IMG/VR virus record: IMGVR_UViG_2724679293_000004
Origin: a virus
Lineage: Duplodnaviria > Heunggongvirae > Uroviricota > Caudoviricetes
DNA: 18,400 nt
Strand: one strand, 5' to 3'
Of the stretch, positions 7,773 through 14,866 are shown piece after piece; the stretch's first letter is position 1, and every line of letters starts with the position of its first letter. The notes under the pieces are model-generated. The model was not told where the DNA came from, made no database searches, and saw nothing but the letters and a program-made list of their open reading frames with translations. The position numbers and the translations under genes are program-made.

Positions 7773-8010
7773 CGATACTTACCCTCAGTTCAACTCACAA
7801 AACGCCACGCCATTTTTGCTACAGCGACAGGCGCAACACCGATAATCACCCAGACAAATGCAGCGCCAAACAACGTATACCATGGGTCTTTACCGTCATT
7901 CACAAGACGAATGTAGCTATGCAGAACAATAAATAACGTCAGAAGAATCCATCAAACGCCAACGCATTTGAGTGCGACGAGCATAAACTCAGCCACGATT
8001 TACTCTCCCC

Positions 8011-8043
8011 CAAATAAAAAGGCCTGCGATTACCAGCAGGCCT
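8011..8043 (-). terminator. intrinsic terminator downstream of ren (tR2-like position)
   Basis: Perfect 8-bp stem AGGCCTGC/GCAGGCCT (8020-8043) with an 8-nt loop, followed on the minus strand by UUUUUAUUU. Confidence 0.55.
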
Positions 8044-8068
8044 GTTATTAGCTCAGTGATGTAGATGG

Positions 8069-8359
8069 TCATCTTTTAACTCCATATACCGCCAATACCC
8101 GTTTCATCGCGGCACTCTGGCGACACTCCTTAAAAATTAGGTTCGTGCTCATCTTTCCTTCCCGTTCTTCCTTGGTAGCAAACCGGTAATACACCGTTCG
8201 CCAGACCTTACCTTCGATAACCAGAAGACCTGCCCGTGCCATTTTAGCCGCGGCCTGATTTATGCTGGTTACTGTTGCGCCTGTTAGCGCGGCAACGTCC
8301 GGCGCACAGAAGCTATTATGCGTCCCCAGGTAATGAATAATTGCCTCTTTGCCCGTCAT
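8069..8359 (-). CDS. ren: Ren protein
   Basis: 96 aa; MTGKEAIIHYLGTHNSFCAPDVAALTGATVTSINQAAAKMARAG... is near-identical to lambda Ren as I recall it. Confidence 0.85.
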   Translation of the reverse strand: MTGKEAIIHYLGTHNSFCAPDVAALTGATVTSINQAAAKMARAGLLVIEGKVWRTVYYRFATKEEREGKMSTNLIFKECRQSAAMKRVLAVYGVKR

Positions 8360-9057
8360 ACACTTGCTCCTTTCAGTCCGAACTTAGCTTTGAGTTCTGC
8401 GATCTTCGCCAGAGCCTGTGCACGATTTAGAGGTCTACCGCCCATGACAGGAAGTTGTTTTACTGGTTCAGGGAGCGCCTCACCACGGTTAATTCTCGCA
8501 GTCATATGGACAAGCTCATCTGCGGCCTTACGGCGTAATTCCGCATCAGTAAGCGCATTGGCCCGCATGTTCTGATACAGGTTGGTAACCAGCCAGTAGT
8601 GCGCGTTTGATTTCCACGGATAAGACTCCGCATCCGGATACAGGCCTCGCTTCCGGCAATACTCGTAAACCATATCAACCAGCTCGCTGACGTTTGGCAG
8701 TCCGGCGATAACGGATGCTTCTTCCCGGCACCATGCAACAAACTGCCCGGGTGATGGCAGGAATGGTCGATTCTGCCGACGGGCTACGCGCATTCCTGCG
8801 TTAACCTGTTCCATTGTGGTGATCCCGTTTTCCCGGAAAGCCAGAACCCACTGGCGGCGGATTTCGTTCAGTTCGTTCTGGTCACGGTTAGCCAGGCTCG
8901 CCGGGAAAGTTGCCAGTAACTGGCTGAACACACCGTTGATGATCTGCGCTACCTGTTGTACCTGAGGCTTTTCGTCGTACTGTTCCGGCATGTTGTTGGC
9001 GATCCGACGCATCTGCTCACGGTCAAAGTTAACCATCTGTGCGGCGATGTTTTTCAT
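8356..9057 (-). CDS. P: replication protein P (DnaB helicase loader)
   Basis: 233 aa, same length as lambda P and near-identical to it from memory (MKNIAAQMVNFDREQMRRIANNMPEQYDEKPQVQQVAQIINGVFSQLLATFPASLANRDQ...). ATGA overlaps with O and ren. Confidence 0.9.
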   Translation of the reverse strand: MKNIAAQMVNFDREQMRRIANNMPEQYDEKPQVQQVAQIINGVFSQLLATFPASLANRDQNELNEIRRQWVLAFRENGITTMEQVNAGMRVARRQNRPFLPSPGQFVAWCREEASVIAGLPNVSELVDMVYEYCRKRGLYPDAESYPWKSNAHYWLVTNLYQNMRANALTDAELRRKAADELVHMTARINRGEALPEPVKQLPVMGGRPLNRAQALAKIAELKAKFGLKGASV

Positions 9058-9992
9058 AGATCCACCCCGTAAATCCAGTCTGTGTTTGTCAGGTCGAGTT
9101 TTGGTTTGCTGGCTGTCACGGCTGCCTGTTGCTTGTTACGGTTGATTTCGAGCTGGGTCCACTTGTCGCGGAGTTTGGCCGGACTCAGCACGTTACCGGA
9201 CCAGAAGTTGTCCTGGCAGGCCCAGCGGAAAAGCACACACATATCGCGGTGGTTACGTCCGTCACGTTCACGCATCAGGCGGATATCGTTAGCCCACCCT
9301 GCAAAATTCGGTTTTCTGGCTGATGGTGCGATGGTCTTCACCATGTCAAACATCCACTCTGCGGCGGTCAGGTCTTCTGCTGTTCCCCACTTGCTGCCGC
9401 TCTGAATTGCAGCATCCGGTTTAACCACAGAAAGATCGTTTTCTGGCTGGTCAGAGGATTCGCCAGAATTCTCGGACGAATAATCTTTTCTTTTTTCTTT
9501 TGTAATAGTGTCTTTTGTGTCCCCCTGTTTTGAGGGATAGCAATCCCCTAATTTGAGGGATGTTTTATCCCTCGTTTTAGGGGATTTTCCCTCGTTTTGA
9601 GGGATCTCCCTCATTTTAGGGGAACCTCCCTCGTTTTGAGGGATGCACCATTCTGAGATGTTTTTATTTGGTCCAAACATGCCGCCTTGCTGCTTGATAA
9701 TATTCATTCTGACGAGTTCTAACTTGGCTTCATTGCACCGTTTGACAGGTAACTTTGTAATCTCGCTAAGTTGAGAATCGGTGATTCTGTCCATTGGTTT
9801 ATTCCACCCATAGGTTTTACGCAGAATGGCAAGCAGCACTTTAAACTGTCGCTTGGTCAGATCTGCGCCTGAATAGGCCTCAAGCAGCATATTTGATAGT
9901 CTGGCGTAACCATCATCGAGATCTGCCACATTACGCTCCTGTTCGGCAAAGTTACCTCTGCCGAAGTTGAGTATTTTTGCTGTATTTGTCAT
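9054..9992 (-). CDS. O: replication initiator protein O (312 aa; 13-aa expansion in the iteron-encoded linker relative to lambda O as recalled)
   Basis: MTNTAKILNFGRGNFAEQERNVADLDDGYARL...DWIYGVDL is collinear with lambda O except for an extra GGSPKMREIPQNE in the linker. The iteron origin lies inside the gene. Confidence 0.9.
   Translation of the reverse strand: MTNTAKILNFGRGNFAEQERNVADLDDGYARLSNMLLEAYSGADLTKRQFKVLLAILRKTYGWNKPMDRITDSQLSEITKLPVKRCNEAKLELVRMNIIKQQGGMFGPNKNISEWCIPQNEGGSPKMREIPQNEGKSPKTRDKTSLKLGDCYPSKQGDTKDTITKEKRKDYSSENSGESSDQPENDLSVVKPDAAIQSGSKWGTAEDLTAAEWMFDMVKTIAPSARKPNFAGWANDIRLMRERDGRNHRDMCVLFRWACQDNFWSGNVLSPAKLRDKWTQLEINRNKQQAAVTASKPKLDLTNTDWIYGVDL
9470..9645. repeat. 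ori-lambda-like replication origin: six 18-19-bp iterons (9521-9644) plus the adjacent AT-rich region (9470-9518)
   Basis: Iterons read on the plus strand as CCCCCTGTTTTGAGGGAT, ATCCCCTAATTTGAGGGAT, ATCCCTCGTTTTAGGGGAT, TCCCTCGTTTTGAGGGAT, TCCCTCATTTTAGGGGAA, TCCCTCGTTTTGAGGGAT. The AT-rich tract CTTTTCTTTTTTCTTTTGTAATAGTGTCTTTTGTG is adjacent. Confidence 0.85.
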
Positions 9993-10024
9993 AATGACTC
10001 CTGTGGATTGATCCAGTAATTCCC

Positions 10025-10316
10025 TCAGAATTGCATATCAATTTGCTTAGAGTCCCCGGCGGCCACCGGGGATTTTTTCTTTGTGATTTCATCAAGCGCA
10101 TACTTAAAAGCCCTGCTAATCGGACTGATGTCTGATGCCATTCCGAAAGCACACAAGACCGAAGCAATAAATCTCCAGTCCGTTCTGCTTATCTTCGATT
10201 CATGACAGCCAATCATCTTTGCCAGACCGCGCTGGGTAAGCGTTGACAGGTTGATGAGTAAATCTGTTTCTGCGCGATCAATTTCTCGCTGTGTTAGCTT
10301 GCTGTAACTTGCTTGT
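10025..10316 (-). pseudogene. cII-like gene copy lacking its start codon because of the N junction (duplicate copy, probably artefactual)
   Basis: Identical to 10736..11027, but the first codons would fall at and beyond the N at 10317. Confidence 0.5.
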
Positions 10317-10317
10317 N

Positions 10318-10703
10318 TCCCTCATTTTAGGGGAACCTCCCTCGTTTTGAGGGATGCACCATTCTGAGATGTTTTTATTTGGTCCAAACATGCCGCCTTG
10401 CTGCTTGATAATATTCATTCTGACGAGTTCTAACTTGGCTTCATTGCACCGTTTGACAGGTAACTTTGTAATCTCGCTAAGTTGAGAATCGGTGATTCTG
10501 TCCATTGGTTTATTCCACCCATAGGTTTTACGCAGAATGGCAAGCAGCACTTTAAACTGTCGCTTGGTCAGATCTGCGCCTGAATAGGCCTCAAGCAGCA
10601 TATTTGATAGTCTGGCGTAACCATCATCGAGATCTGCCACATTACGCTCCTGTTCGGCAAAGTTACCTCTGCCGAAGTTGAGTATTTTTGCTGTATTTGT
10701 CAT
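10318..10703 (-). pseudogene. duplicate 5' fragment of the O gene (first about 129 codons), truncated at the N junction
   Basis: Listed ORF 10278..10703 is identical to the O N-terminus up to the X at the N, then reads through into cII antisense sequence. Confidence 0.5.
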
Positions 10704-10735
10704 AATGACTCCTGTGGATTGATCCAGTAATTCCC

Positions 10736-11032
10736 TCAGAATTGCATATCAATTTGCTTAGAGTCCCCGGCGGCCACCGGGGATTTTTTCTTTGTGATTT
10801 CATCAAGCGCATACTTAAAAGCCCTGCTAATCGGACTGATGTCTGATGCCATTCCGAAAGCACACAAGACCGAAGCAATAAATCTCCAGTCCGTTCTGCT
10901 TATCTTCGATTCATGACAGCCAATCATCTTTGCCAGACCGCGCTGGGTAAGCGTTGACAGGTTGATGAGTAAATCTGTTTCTGCGCGATCAATTTCTCGC
11001 TGTGTTAGCTTGCTGTAACTTGCTTGTGCCAT
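10736..11032 (-). CDS. cII: CII-like transcriptional activator (c1/cII family)
   Basis: 98 aa; the HTH region TQRGLAKMIGCHESKISRTDWRF parallels the lambda CII region KSQISRWKRDW. Sits between cro/nutR and O. Confidence 0.7.
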   Translation of the reverse strand: MAQASYSKLTQREIDRAETDLLINLSTLTQRGLAKMIGCHESKISRTDWRFIASVLCAFGMASDISPISRAFKYALDEITKKKSPVAAGDSKQIDMQF

Positions 11033-11093
11033 TTGTTAATTTTCCTATATTGATATATAGCGGCACACCCAGTGGATTTGCCGCTGATGTTTG

Positions 11094-11135
11094 CTCACCC
11101 GGTTAGAGGTGAAAGGCCAGAACTGTTAAAGAGCA
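11094..11135 (-). promoter_or_regulatory. nutR: boxA (11123-11135) and phi21-type boxB hairpin (11094-11113)
   Basis: Minus strand reads TGCTCTTTAACAG (boxA-like) followed about 10 nt later by UUCACCUCUAACCGGGUGAG, which matches the phi21 boxB RNA as I recall it. It lies between the cro stop and cII. Confidence 0.6.
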
Positions 11136-11141
11136 ATTTAC

Positions 11142-11327
11142 TTATGCCGCTTGGCGGTAAGCACTTTCTTGATACTTCAGGGCGCCAGCTGTAACGATTT
11201 CCAATCGATAGGCGTCTTTCTCTGGGATAACTTCTTTCCACTGAGAGACTGCTGCATCGCTAATGCCTAGTGCTTTAGCAACAGCACGCTGGGTTCCGAA
11301 GTGGTCAATAACATCTTTTTTGTACAT
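11142..11327 (-). CDS. cro: Cro repressor (P22 / phage 21 immunity type)
   Basis: 61 aa; MYKKDVIDHFGTQRAVAKALGISDAAVSQWKEVIPEKDAYRLEIVTAGALKYQ... is near-identical to P22 Cro from memory. Divergent from the repressor gene. Confidence 0.85.
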   Translation of the reverse strand: MYKKDVIDHFGTQRAVAKALGISDAAVSQWKEVIPEKDAYRLEIVTAGALKYQESAYRQAA

Positions 11328-11407
11328 AGACTCGCTCCGAAATTAAAGAACACTTAAATTATCCACCAAAGGAATCTTAAGTCAAGTTTATTTAAGATGT
11401 CTTAACT
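11328..11407. promoter_or_regulatory. OR operator region with three AAG-N4-CTT operators (11341-11360, 11364-11383, 11390-11407) and divergent PR/PRM
   Basis: Palindromic sites AATTAAAGAACACTTAAATT, CACCAAAGGAATCTTAAGTC and ATTTAAGATGTCTTAACT of the P22-type operator pattern. The last abuts the repressor ATG, implying a leaderless PRM transcript. Confidence 0.65.
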
Positions 11408-12058
11408 ATGAATACACAACTGATGGGTGAGCGTATTCGCGCTCGCAGAAAAGAACTCAAGATTAGGCAGGCTGCCCTTGGCAAGATGGTTGGCGTGTCT
11501 AATGTTGCTATTTCCCAATGGGAGCGATCTGAAACTGAGCCCAATGGCGAAAACCTATTGGCCTTAGCCAAGGCTTTGCAGTGCTCCCCTGATTACCTGT
11601 TGAAAGGAGAGGATAGTCTTTCAAACATTGCCTATCACAGCAGGCATGATCCAAGAGGTTCGTATCCTCTAATTAGTTGGGTAAGCGCAGGATGTTGGAT
11701 GGAAGCTGTAGAGCCATATCATAGGCGTGCAATAGATAACTGGTACGACACAACGGTAGATTGTTCTGAAGACTCTTTTTGGCTCGACGTTAAAGGTGAT
11801 TCAATGACTGCCCCGGCAGGACTGAGTATTCCTGAAGGGATGATTATTCTCGTCGACCCAGAAGTCGAACCACGTAATGGAAAGCTGGTAGTCGCCAAAC
11901 TTGAAGGAGAAAACGAGGCGACATTCAAAAAGTTAGTTATTGATGCCGGTAGAAAATTCCTGAAACCACTCAATCCACAATACCCAATGATTGAAATCAA
12001 TGGGAACTGTAAAATCATTGGCGTTGTCGTTGATGCCAAGCTAGCAAACCTTCCTTAA
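11408..12058 (+). CDS. c2: prophage repressor, P22 c2 type (LexA-like autocleaving; imm21/immP22 family)
   Basis: 216 aa, near-identical to P22 C2 from memory. HTH at residues 20-40, Ala94-Gly95 cleavage site (VSAGCW), and the Ser (GDSMT) and Lys (VVAKLEG) catalytic dyad. Confidence 0.9.
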   Translation: MNTQLMGERIRARRKELKIRQAALGKMVGVSNVAISQWERSETEPNGENLLALAKALQCSPDYLLKGEDSLSNIAYHSRHDPRGSYPLISWVSAGCWMEAVEPYHRRAIDNWYDTTVDCSEDSFWLDVKGDSMTAPAGLSIPEGMIILVDPEVEPRNGKLVVAKLEGENEATFKKLVIDAGRKFLKPLNPQYPMIEINGNCKIIGVVVDAKLANLP

Positions 12059-12082
12059 GGGGCTTTCGCCCCTTTTTTATTT
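12058..12082 (+). terminator. intrinsic terminator after the repressor gene
   Basis: Stem AGGGGC/GCCCCT with loop TTTC, followed by TTTTTTATTT. Confidence 0.6.
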
Positions 12083-12119
12083 CCCGTTAAAAATCAAAGA
12101 CAAACTAAATTCGCGCCCA

Positions 12120-12176
12120 TAAAATTAAGTTTTCTTCAAAAATGCACTTAACCAAAAATTAAGAGGTCTTAAATTT
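12120..12176 (+). promoter_or_regulatory. OL operators and candidate PL promoter
   Basis: AAG-N4-CTT operators at about 12122-12141 and 12155-12176 (AAAATTAAGAGGTCTTAAATTT is a near-perfect palindrome). Candidate -35 TTAACC (12147-12152) and -10 TAAATT (12170-12175) with a 17-nt spacer. Confidence 0.5.
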
Positions 12177-12221
12177 AAGCCGTCAGCAGGAGGCTGGAAG
12201 CCAAACGGAACAGATTGGCAG

Positions 12222-12261
12222 GCTCTTTAACATCGACGAACTCTCAACCTAACCGTTGAGA
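12222..12261 (+). promoter_or_regulatory. nutL: boxA (12222-12232) and boxB hairpin (12242-12261)
   Basis: GCTCTTTAACA matches the boxA consensus. Nine nt later the hairpin UCUCAAC-CUAACC-GUUGAGA (7-bp stem) shares the CUAACC loop core with the nutR hairpin. Confidence 0.6.
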
Positions 12262-12371
12262 CCAGAACTTGAGTGGTTTTGGGGATGGCGCGAATTGCAG
12301 CTGCAAGACAGCGATCGAGAAGATAAGCACCTCGACGCGTCATGCGCCAAAGCCACTTAAAGGAGACCATC

Positions 12372-12677
12372 ATGGTAACCATTGTCTGGAAAGAATCCAA
12401 AGGTACGGCAAAAAGCCGCTACAAAGCTCGCAGAGCAGAACTTATTGCCGAGCGACGCAGTAATGAAGCACTGGCGCGAAAAATTGCGCTAAAGCTCTCT
12501 GGTTGCGTCAGAGCAGACAAAGCAGCATCACTAGGAAGCCTTTGCTGCAAGAAGAAAGAAGAAGTTGTTCGAAAAAATAGAAGTATTTATTACAAGGATT
12601 CAAACCCATTAGGAAACAAAATACATGCAGTCCAAAAAATAAAATTGTACAGTAAACTACCGTACGGTGCTTATTGA
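12372..12677 (+). CDS. N: N antitermination protein (phi21-type arginine-rich motif)
   Basis: Listed ORF 12342..12677; start set at ATG 12372 with an AGGAG SD 7 nt upstream. Residues 11-29, GTAKSRYKARRAELIAERR, match the phi21 N boxB-binding peptide as I recall it. Small basic protein immediately downstream of PL/nutL. Confidence 0.75.
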   Translation: MVTIVWKESKGTAKSRYKARRAELIAERRSNEALARKIALKLSGCVRADKAASLGSLCCKKKEEVVRKNRSIYYKDSNPLGNKIHAVQKIKLYSKLPYGAY

Positions 12678-12679
12678 GT

Positions 12680-13018
12680 ATGCTTATGGTGAAAAAGACT
12701 ATTTATGTTAATCCTGACCGCGGACAAAACAGAAAAGTATCTGATAGAGGTCTTACATCTCGAGACAGGAGGAGAATAGCGAGATGGGAAAAGAGGATAG
12801 CATATGCATTAAAAAACGGTGTAACACCTGGATTTAATGCTATAGATGACGGTCCTGAATATAAGATTAATGAAGACCCAATGGACAAAGTTGACAAAGC
12901 ATTAGCAACACCATTTCCTCGCGATGTCGAAAAAATTGAAGATGAAAAATATGAGGATGTAATGCACAGAGTTGTTAATCACGCTCACCAACGAAATCCA
13001 AATAAAAAATGGTCATAG
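12680..13018 (+). CDS. hypothetical protein (about 112 aa; basic N-terminal half, acidic C-terminal half)
   Basis: Stop-bounded ORF whose start region overlaps the N stop; start codon uncertain (ATG 12680 or 12686, or TTG 12674). AT-rich. No family recognised. An intrinsic terminator follows immediately. Confidence 0.4.
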   Translation: MLMVKKTIYVNPDRGQNRKVSDRGLTSRDRRRIARWEKRIAYALKNGVTPGFNAIDDGPEYKINEDPMDKVDKALATPFPRDVEKIEDEKYEDVMHRVVNHAHQRNPNKKWS

Positions 13019-13040
13019 CCCACTTCGGTGGGTTTTTTAT
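13017..13040 (+). terminator. intrinsic terminator
   Basis: Stem CCCAC/GTGGG with loop TTCG, followed by TTTTTTATT; it overlaps the stop codon of the preceding ORF. Confidence 0.55.
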
Positions 13041-13151
13041 TGGCTGAACTAACCTAATTTATTACAGCAAGCTACGCAGTGAAATGGGTGTGACTTGTGT
13101 TGGTCGCCAGAAAATGAAATTAGGCAGCAAACCACTTATTTGAGGTGAGAT

Positions 13152-13622
13152 ATGACAAAATCATGGAGCGTACCTTTTCCTGAATCAGAAACTGAACATG
13201 ATGGAATGCCTGTTTTCTGGAGATTCCAGGCGACAGTTGAAGAAGATGGGATAAAAATATTCGCACTTCAATATATAGCTTTTCATCAGACAGAGCATTA
13301 TGCATGGTTGGTTCCTGCGCATTGGATTGTTAATTTTAAACCAGCACCAAATCAGTGGTTACAGGAATGGAAACAAAGGAGAAATAGATATGCAATTAAG
13401 AAAGTAGCAAAAAATGCAGAAAGATCTTTTGCATTCCCAACGAAGAAACTTGCCATTGAGAGTTTATTGCGCCGGAAGAAATACCATTTAATGAGAATCA
13501 AACAAGATTTGGCTGTTGTATCAACTCTTGTTGATGGGATGAAGAATATTGATACATCAACACCAGATATTGAATATAACTTTGGGCACAACCAAGAAAC
13601 AGAAAATTGGGTATTTTATTAG
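13152..13622 (+). CDS. hypothetical protein (156 aa), in an AT-rich cassette bracketed by terminators
   Basis: Clean ORF with SD GAGGTGAG 6 nt upstream of the ATG. No transmembrane segments evident and no family recognised. It occupies the ral/sieB slot of lambdoid genomes. Confidence 0.5.
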   Translation: MTKSWSVPFPESETEHDGMPVFWRFQATVEEDGIKIFALQYIAFHQTEHYAWLVPAHWIVNFKPAPNQWLQEWKQRRNRYAIKKVAKNAERSFAFPTKKLAIESLLRRKKYHLMRIKQDLAVVSTLVDGMKNIDTSTPDIEYNFGHNQETENWVFY

Positions 13623-13726
13623 TACGAGTAAGCACTGTGTATTCATTCCAACGAGTGAATACACGGAGCAATGTCGCTCGTAACTAAACAGGAGCCGACT
13701 TGTTCTGATTATTGGAAATCTTCTTT

Positions 13727-13753
13727 GCCCTCTAATGTGAGGGCGATTTTTTT
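13727..13753 (+). terminator. intrinsic terminator
   Basis: Stem GCCCTC/GAGGGC with loop TAATGT, followed by GATTTTTTT. Confidence 0.55.
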
Positions 13754-13771
13754 CTGTGAGGATATGAACAG

Positions 13772-14140
13772 ATGTCAAACATCAAAAAATACATCATTGA
13801 TTACGACTGGAAAACATCAATAGAAATTGAAATCGACCATGACTTAATGACAGAGGAAAAACTTCACCAGATTAATAATTTCTGGTCAGACTCTGAATAC
13901 CGACTCAATAAACACGGCTCTGTATTAAATGCTGTATTAATCATGCTGGCGCAACATGCTCTGCTTATAGCAATTTCAAGCGACTTAAATGCATATGGTG
14001 TTGTGTGTGAGTTCGACTGGAATGATGGAAATGGTCAGGAAGGATGGCCTCCAATGGATGGTAGCGAAGGAATAAGAATTACCGATATCGATACATCAGG
14101 AATATTTGATCCAGATGATATGACTATCAAAGCCGCCTGA
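13772..14140 (+). CDS. ea10: Ea10-like protein (122 aa)
   Basis: Length and position (immediately upstream of cIII in the PL operon) match lambda ea10; sequence identity is not recalled. GAGGA SD upstream. Confidence 0.55.
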   Translation: MSNIKKYIIDYDWKTSIEIEIDHDLMTEEKLHQINNFWSDSEYRLNKHGSVLNAVLIMLAQHALLIAISSDLNAYGVVCEFDWNDGNGQEGWPPMDGSEGIRITDIDTSGIFDPDDMTIKAA

Positions 14141-14212
14141 GCGCGGCGTTACCGCATACCAATTACGCTTCACTCGAGGCGTTTTTCGTTATGTATAAAT
14201 AAGGAGCACACC

Positions 14213-14377
14213 ATGCAATATGCCATTGCAGGGTGGCCTGTTGCTGGCTGCCCTTCCGAATCTTTACTTGAACGAATTACCCGTAAATTACGTGACGGAT
14301 GGAAACGCCTTATCGACATACTTAATCAGCCAGGAGTCCCGAAAAATGGATCAAACAATTATGGCTATCCAGACTAA
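14213..14377 (+). CDS. cIII: CIII protein (FtsH inhibitor that stabilises CII)
   Basis: 54-aa ORF, below the threshold of the supplied ORF track and found by direct translation: [54 protein letters not shown], essentially lambda CIII. SD AAGGAG 7 nt upstream. Confidence 0.85.
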   Translation: MQYAIAGWPVAGCPSESLLERITRKLRDGWKRLIDILNQPGVPKNGSNNYGYPD

Positions 14378-14510
14378 ATTCACTATCGCCACTTTTATTG
14401 GCGATGAAAAGATGTTTCGTGAGGCCGTCGACGCTTATAAAAAATGGATATTAATACAGAAACTGAGATCAAGCAAAAGCATTCACTACCCCCCTTTCCT
14501 GTTTTCCTAA
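14346..14510 (+). CDS. kil: Kil protein (host cell-division inhibitor)
   Basis: ATG 14346 overlaps the cIII 3' end by 32 nt, as lambda kil overlaps cIII. Product [54 protein letters not shown]. It is the C-terminal part of listed ORF 14220..14510. Confidence 0.6.
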   Translation: MDQTIMAIQTKFTIATFIGDEKMFREAVDAYKKWILIQKLRSSKSIHYPPFLFS

Positions 14511-14564
14511 TCAGCCTGGCATTTCGCGGGCGATATTTTCACAGCCATTTTCAGGAGTTCAGCC

Positions 14565-14861
14565 ATGAACGCTTATTACATTCAGGATCGTCTTGAGGCT
14601 CAGAGCTGGGCGCGTCACTACCAGCAGATCGCCCGTGAAGAGAAAGAGGCAGAACTGGCAGACGACATGGAAAAAGGCCTGCCCCAGCACCTGTTTGAAT
14701 CGCTATGCATCGATCATTTGCAACGCCACGGGGCCAGCAAAAAAGCCATTACCCGTGCGTTTGATGACGATGTTGAGTTTCAGGAACGCATGGCAGAACA
14801 CATCCGGTACATGGTTGAAACCATTGCTCACCACCAGGTTGATATTGATTCAGAGGTATAA
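14565..14861 (+). CDS. gam: Gam protein (RecBCD inhibitor), short GamS form
   Basis: 98 aa; [60 protein letters not shown]... is near-identical to lambda GamS (memory). The upstream long-form start is out of frame. Confidence 0.9.
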   Translation: MNAYYIQDRLEAQSWARHYQQIAREEKEAELADDMEKGLPQHLFESLCIDHLQRHGASKKAITRAFDDDVEFQERMAEHIRYMVETIAHHQVDIDSEV

Positions 14862-14866
14862 AACGG

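Larger units (their letters stand above)
9607..11027. repeat. exact tandem direct duplication of about 710 bp (9607-10316 and 10318-11027) joined by a single N at 10317
   Basis: Copy 2 starts at iteron 5 and repeats the O N-terminus, the O-cII intergenic region and cII up to CTTGT. ORF pairs 9952..10167 / 10663..10878 and 10025..10216 / 10736..11032 give identical proteins. Confidence 0.9.

Noticed and set aside
9521..9644. Regularly spaced 18-19-bp repeats, superficially CRISPR-like
   Set aside because: They are the O-binding iterons of the replication origin, lying inside the O gene; there are no spacers, no cas genes and the repeats are contiguous.
14220..14345. N-terminal extension of listed ORF 14220..14510
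   Set aside because: The extension overlaps cIII in another frame. The kil start at 14346 reproduces the lambda cIII-kil overlap, so only the C-terminal 54 codons are taken as kil.
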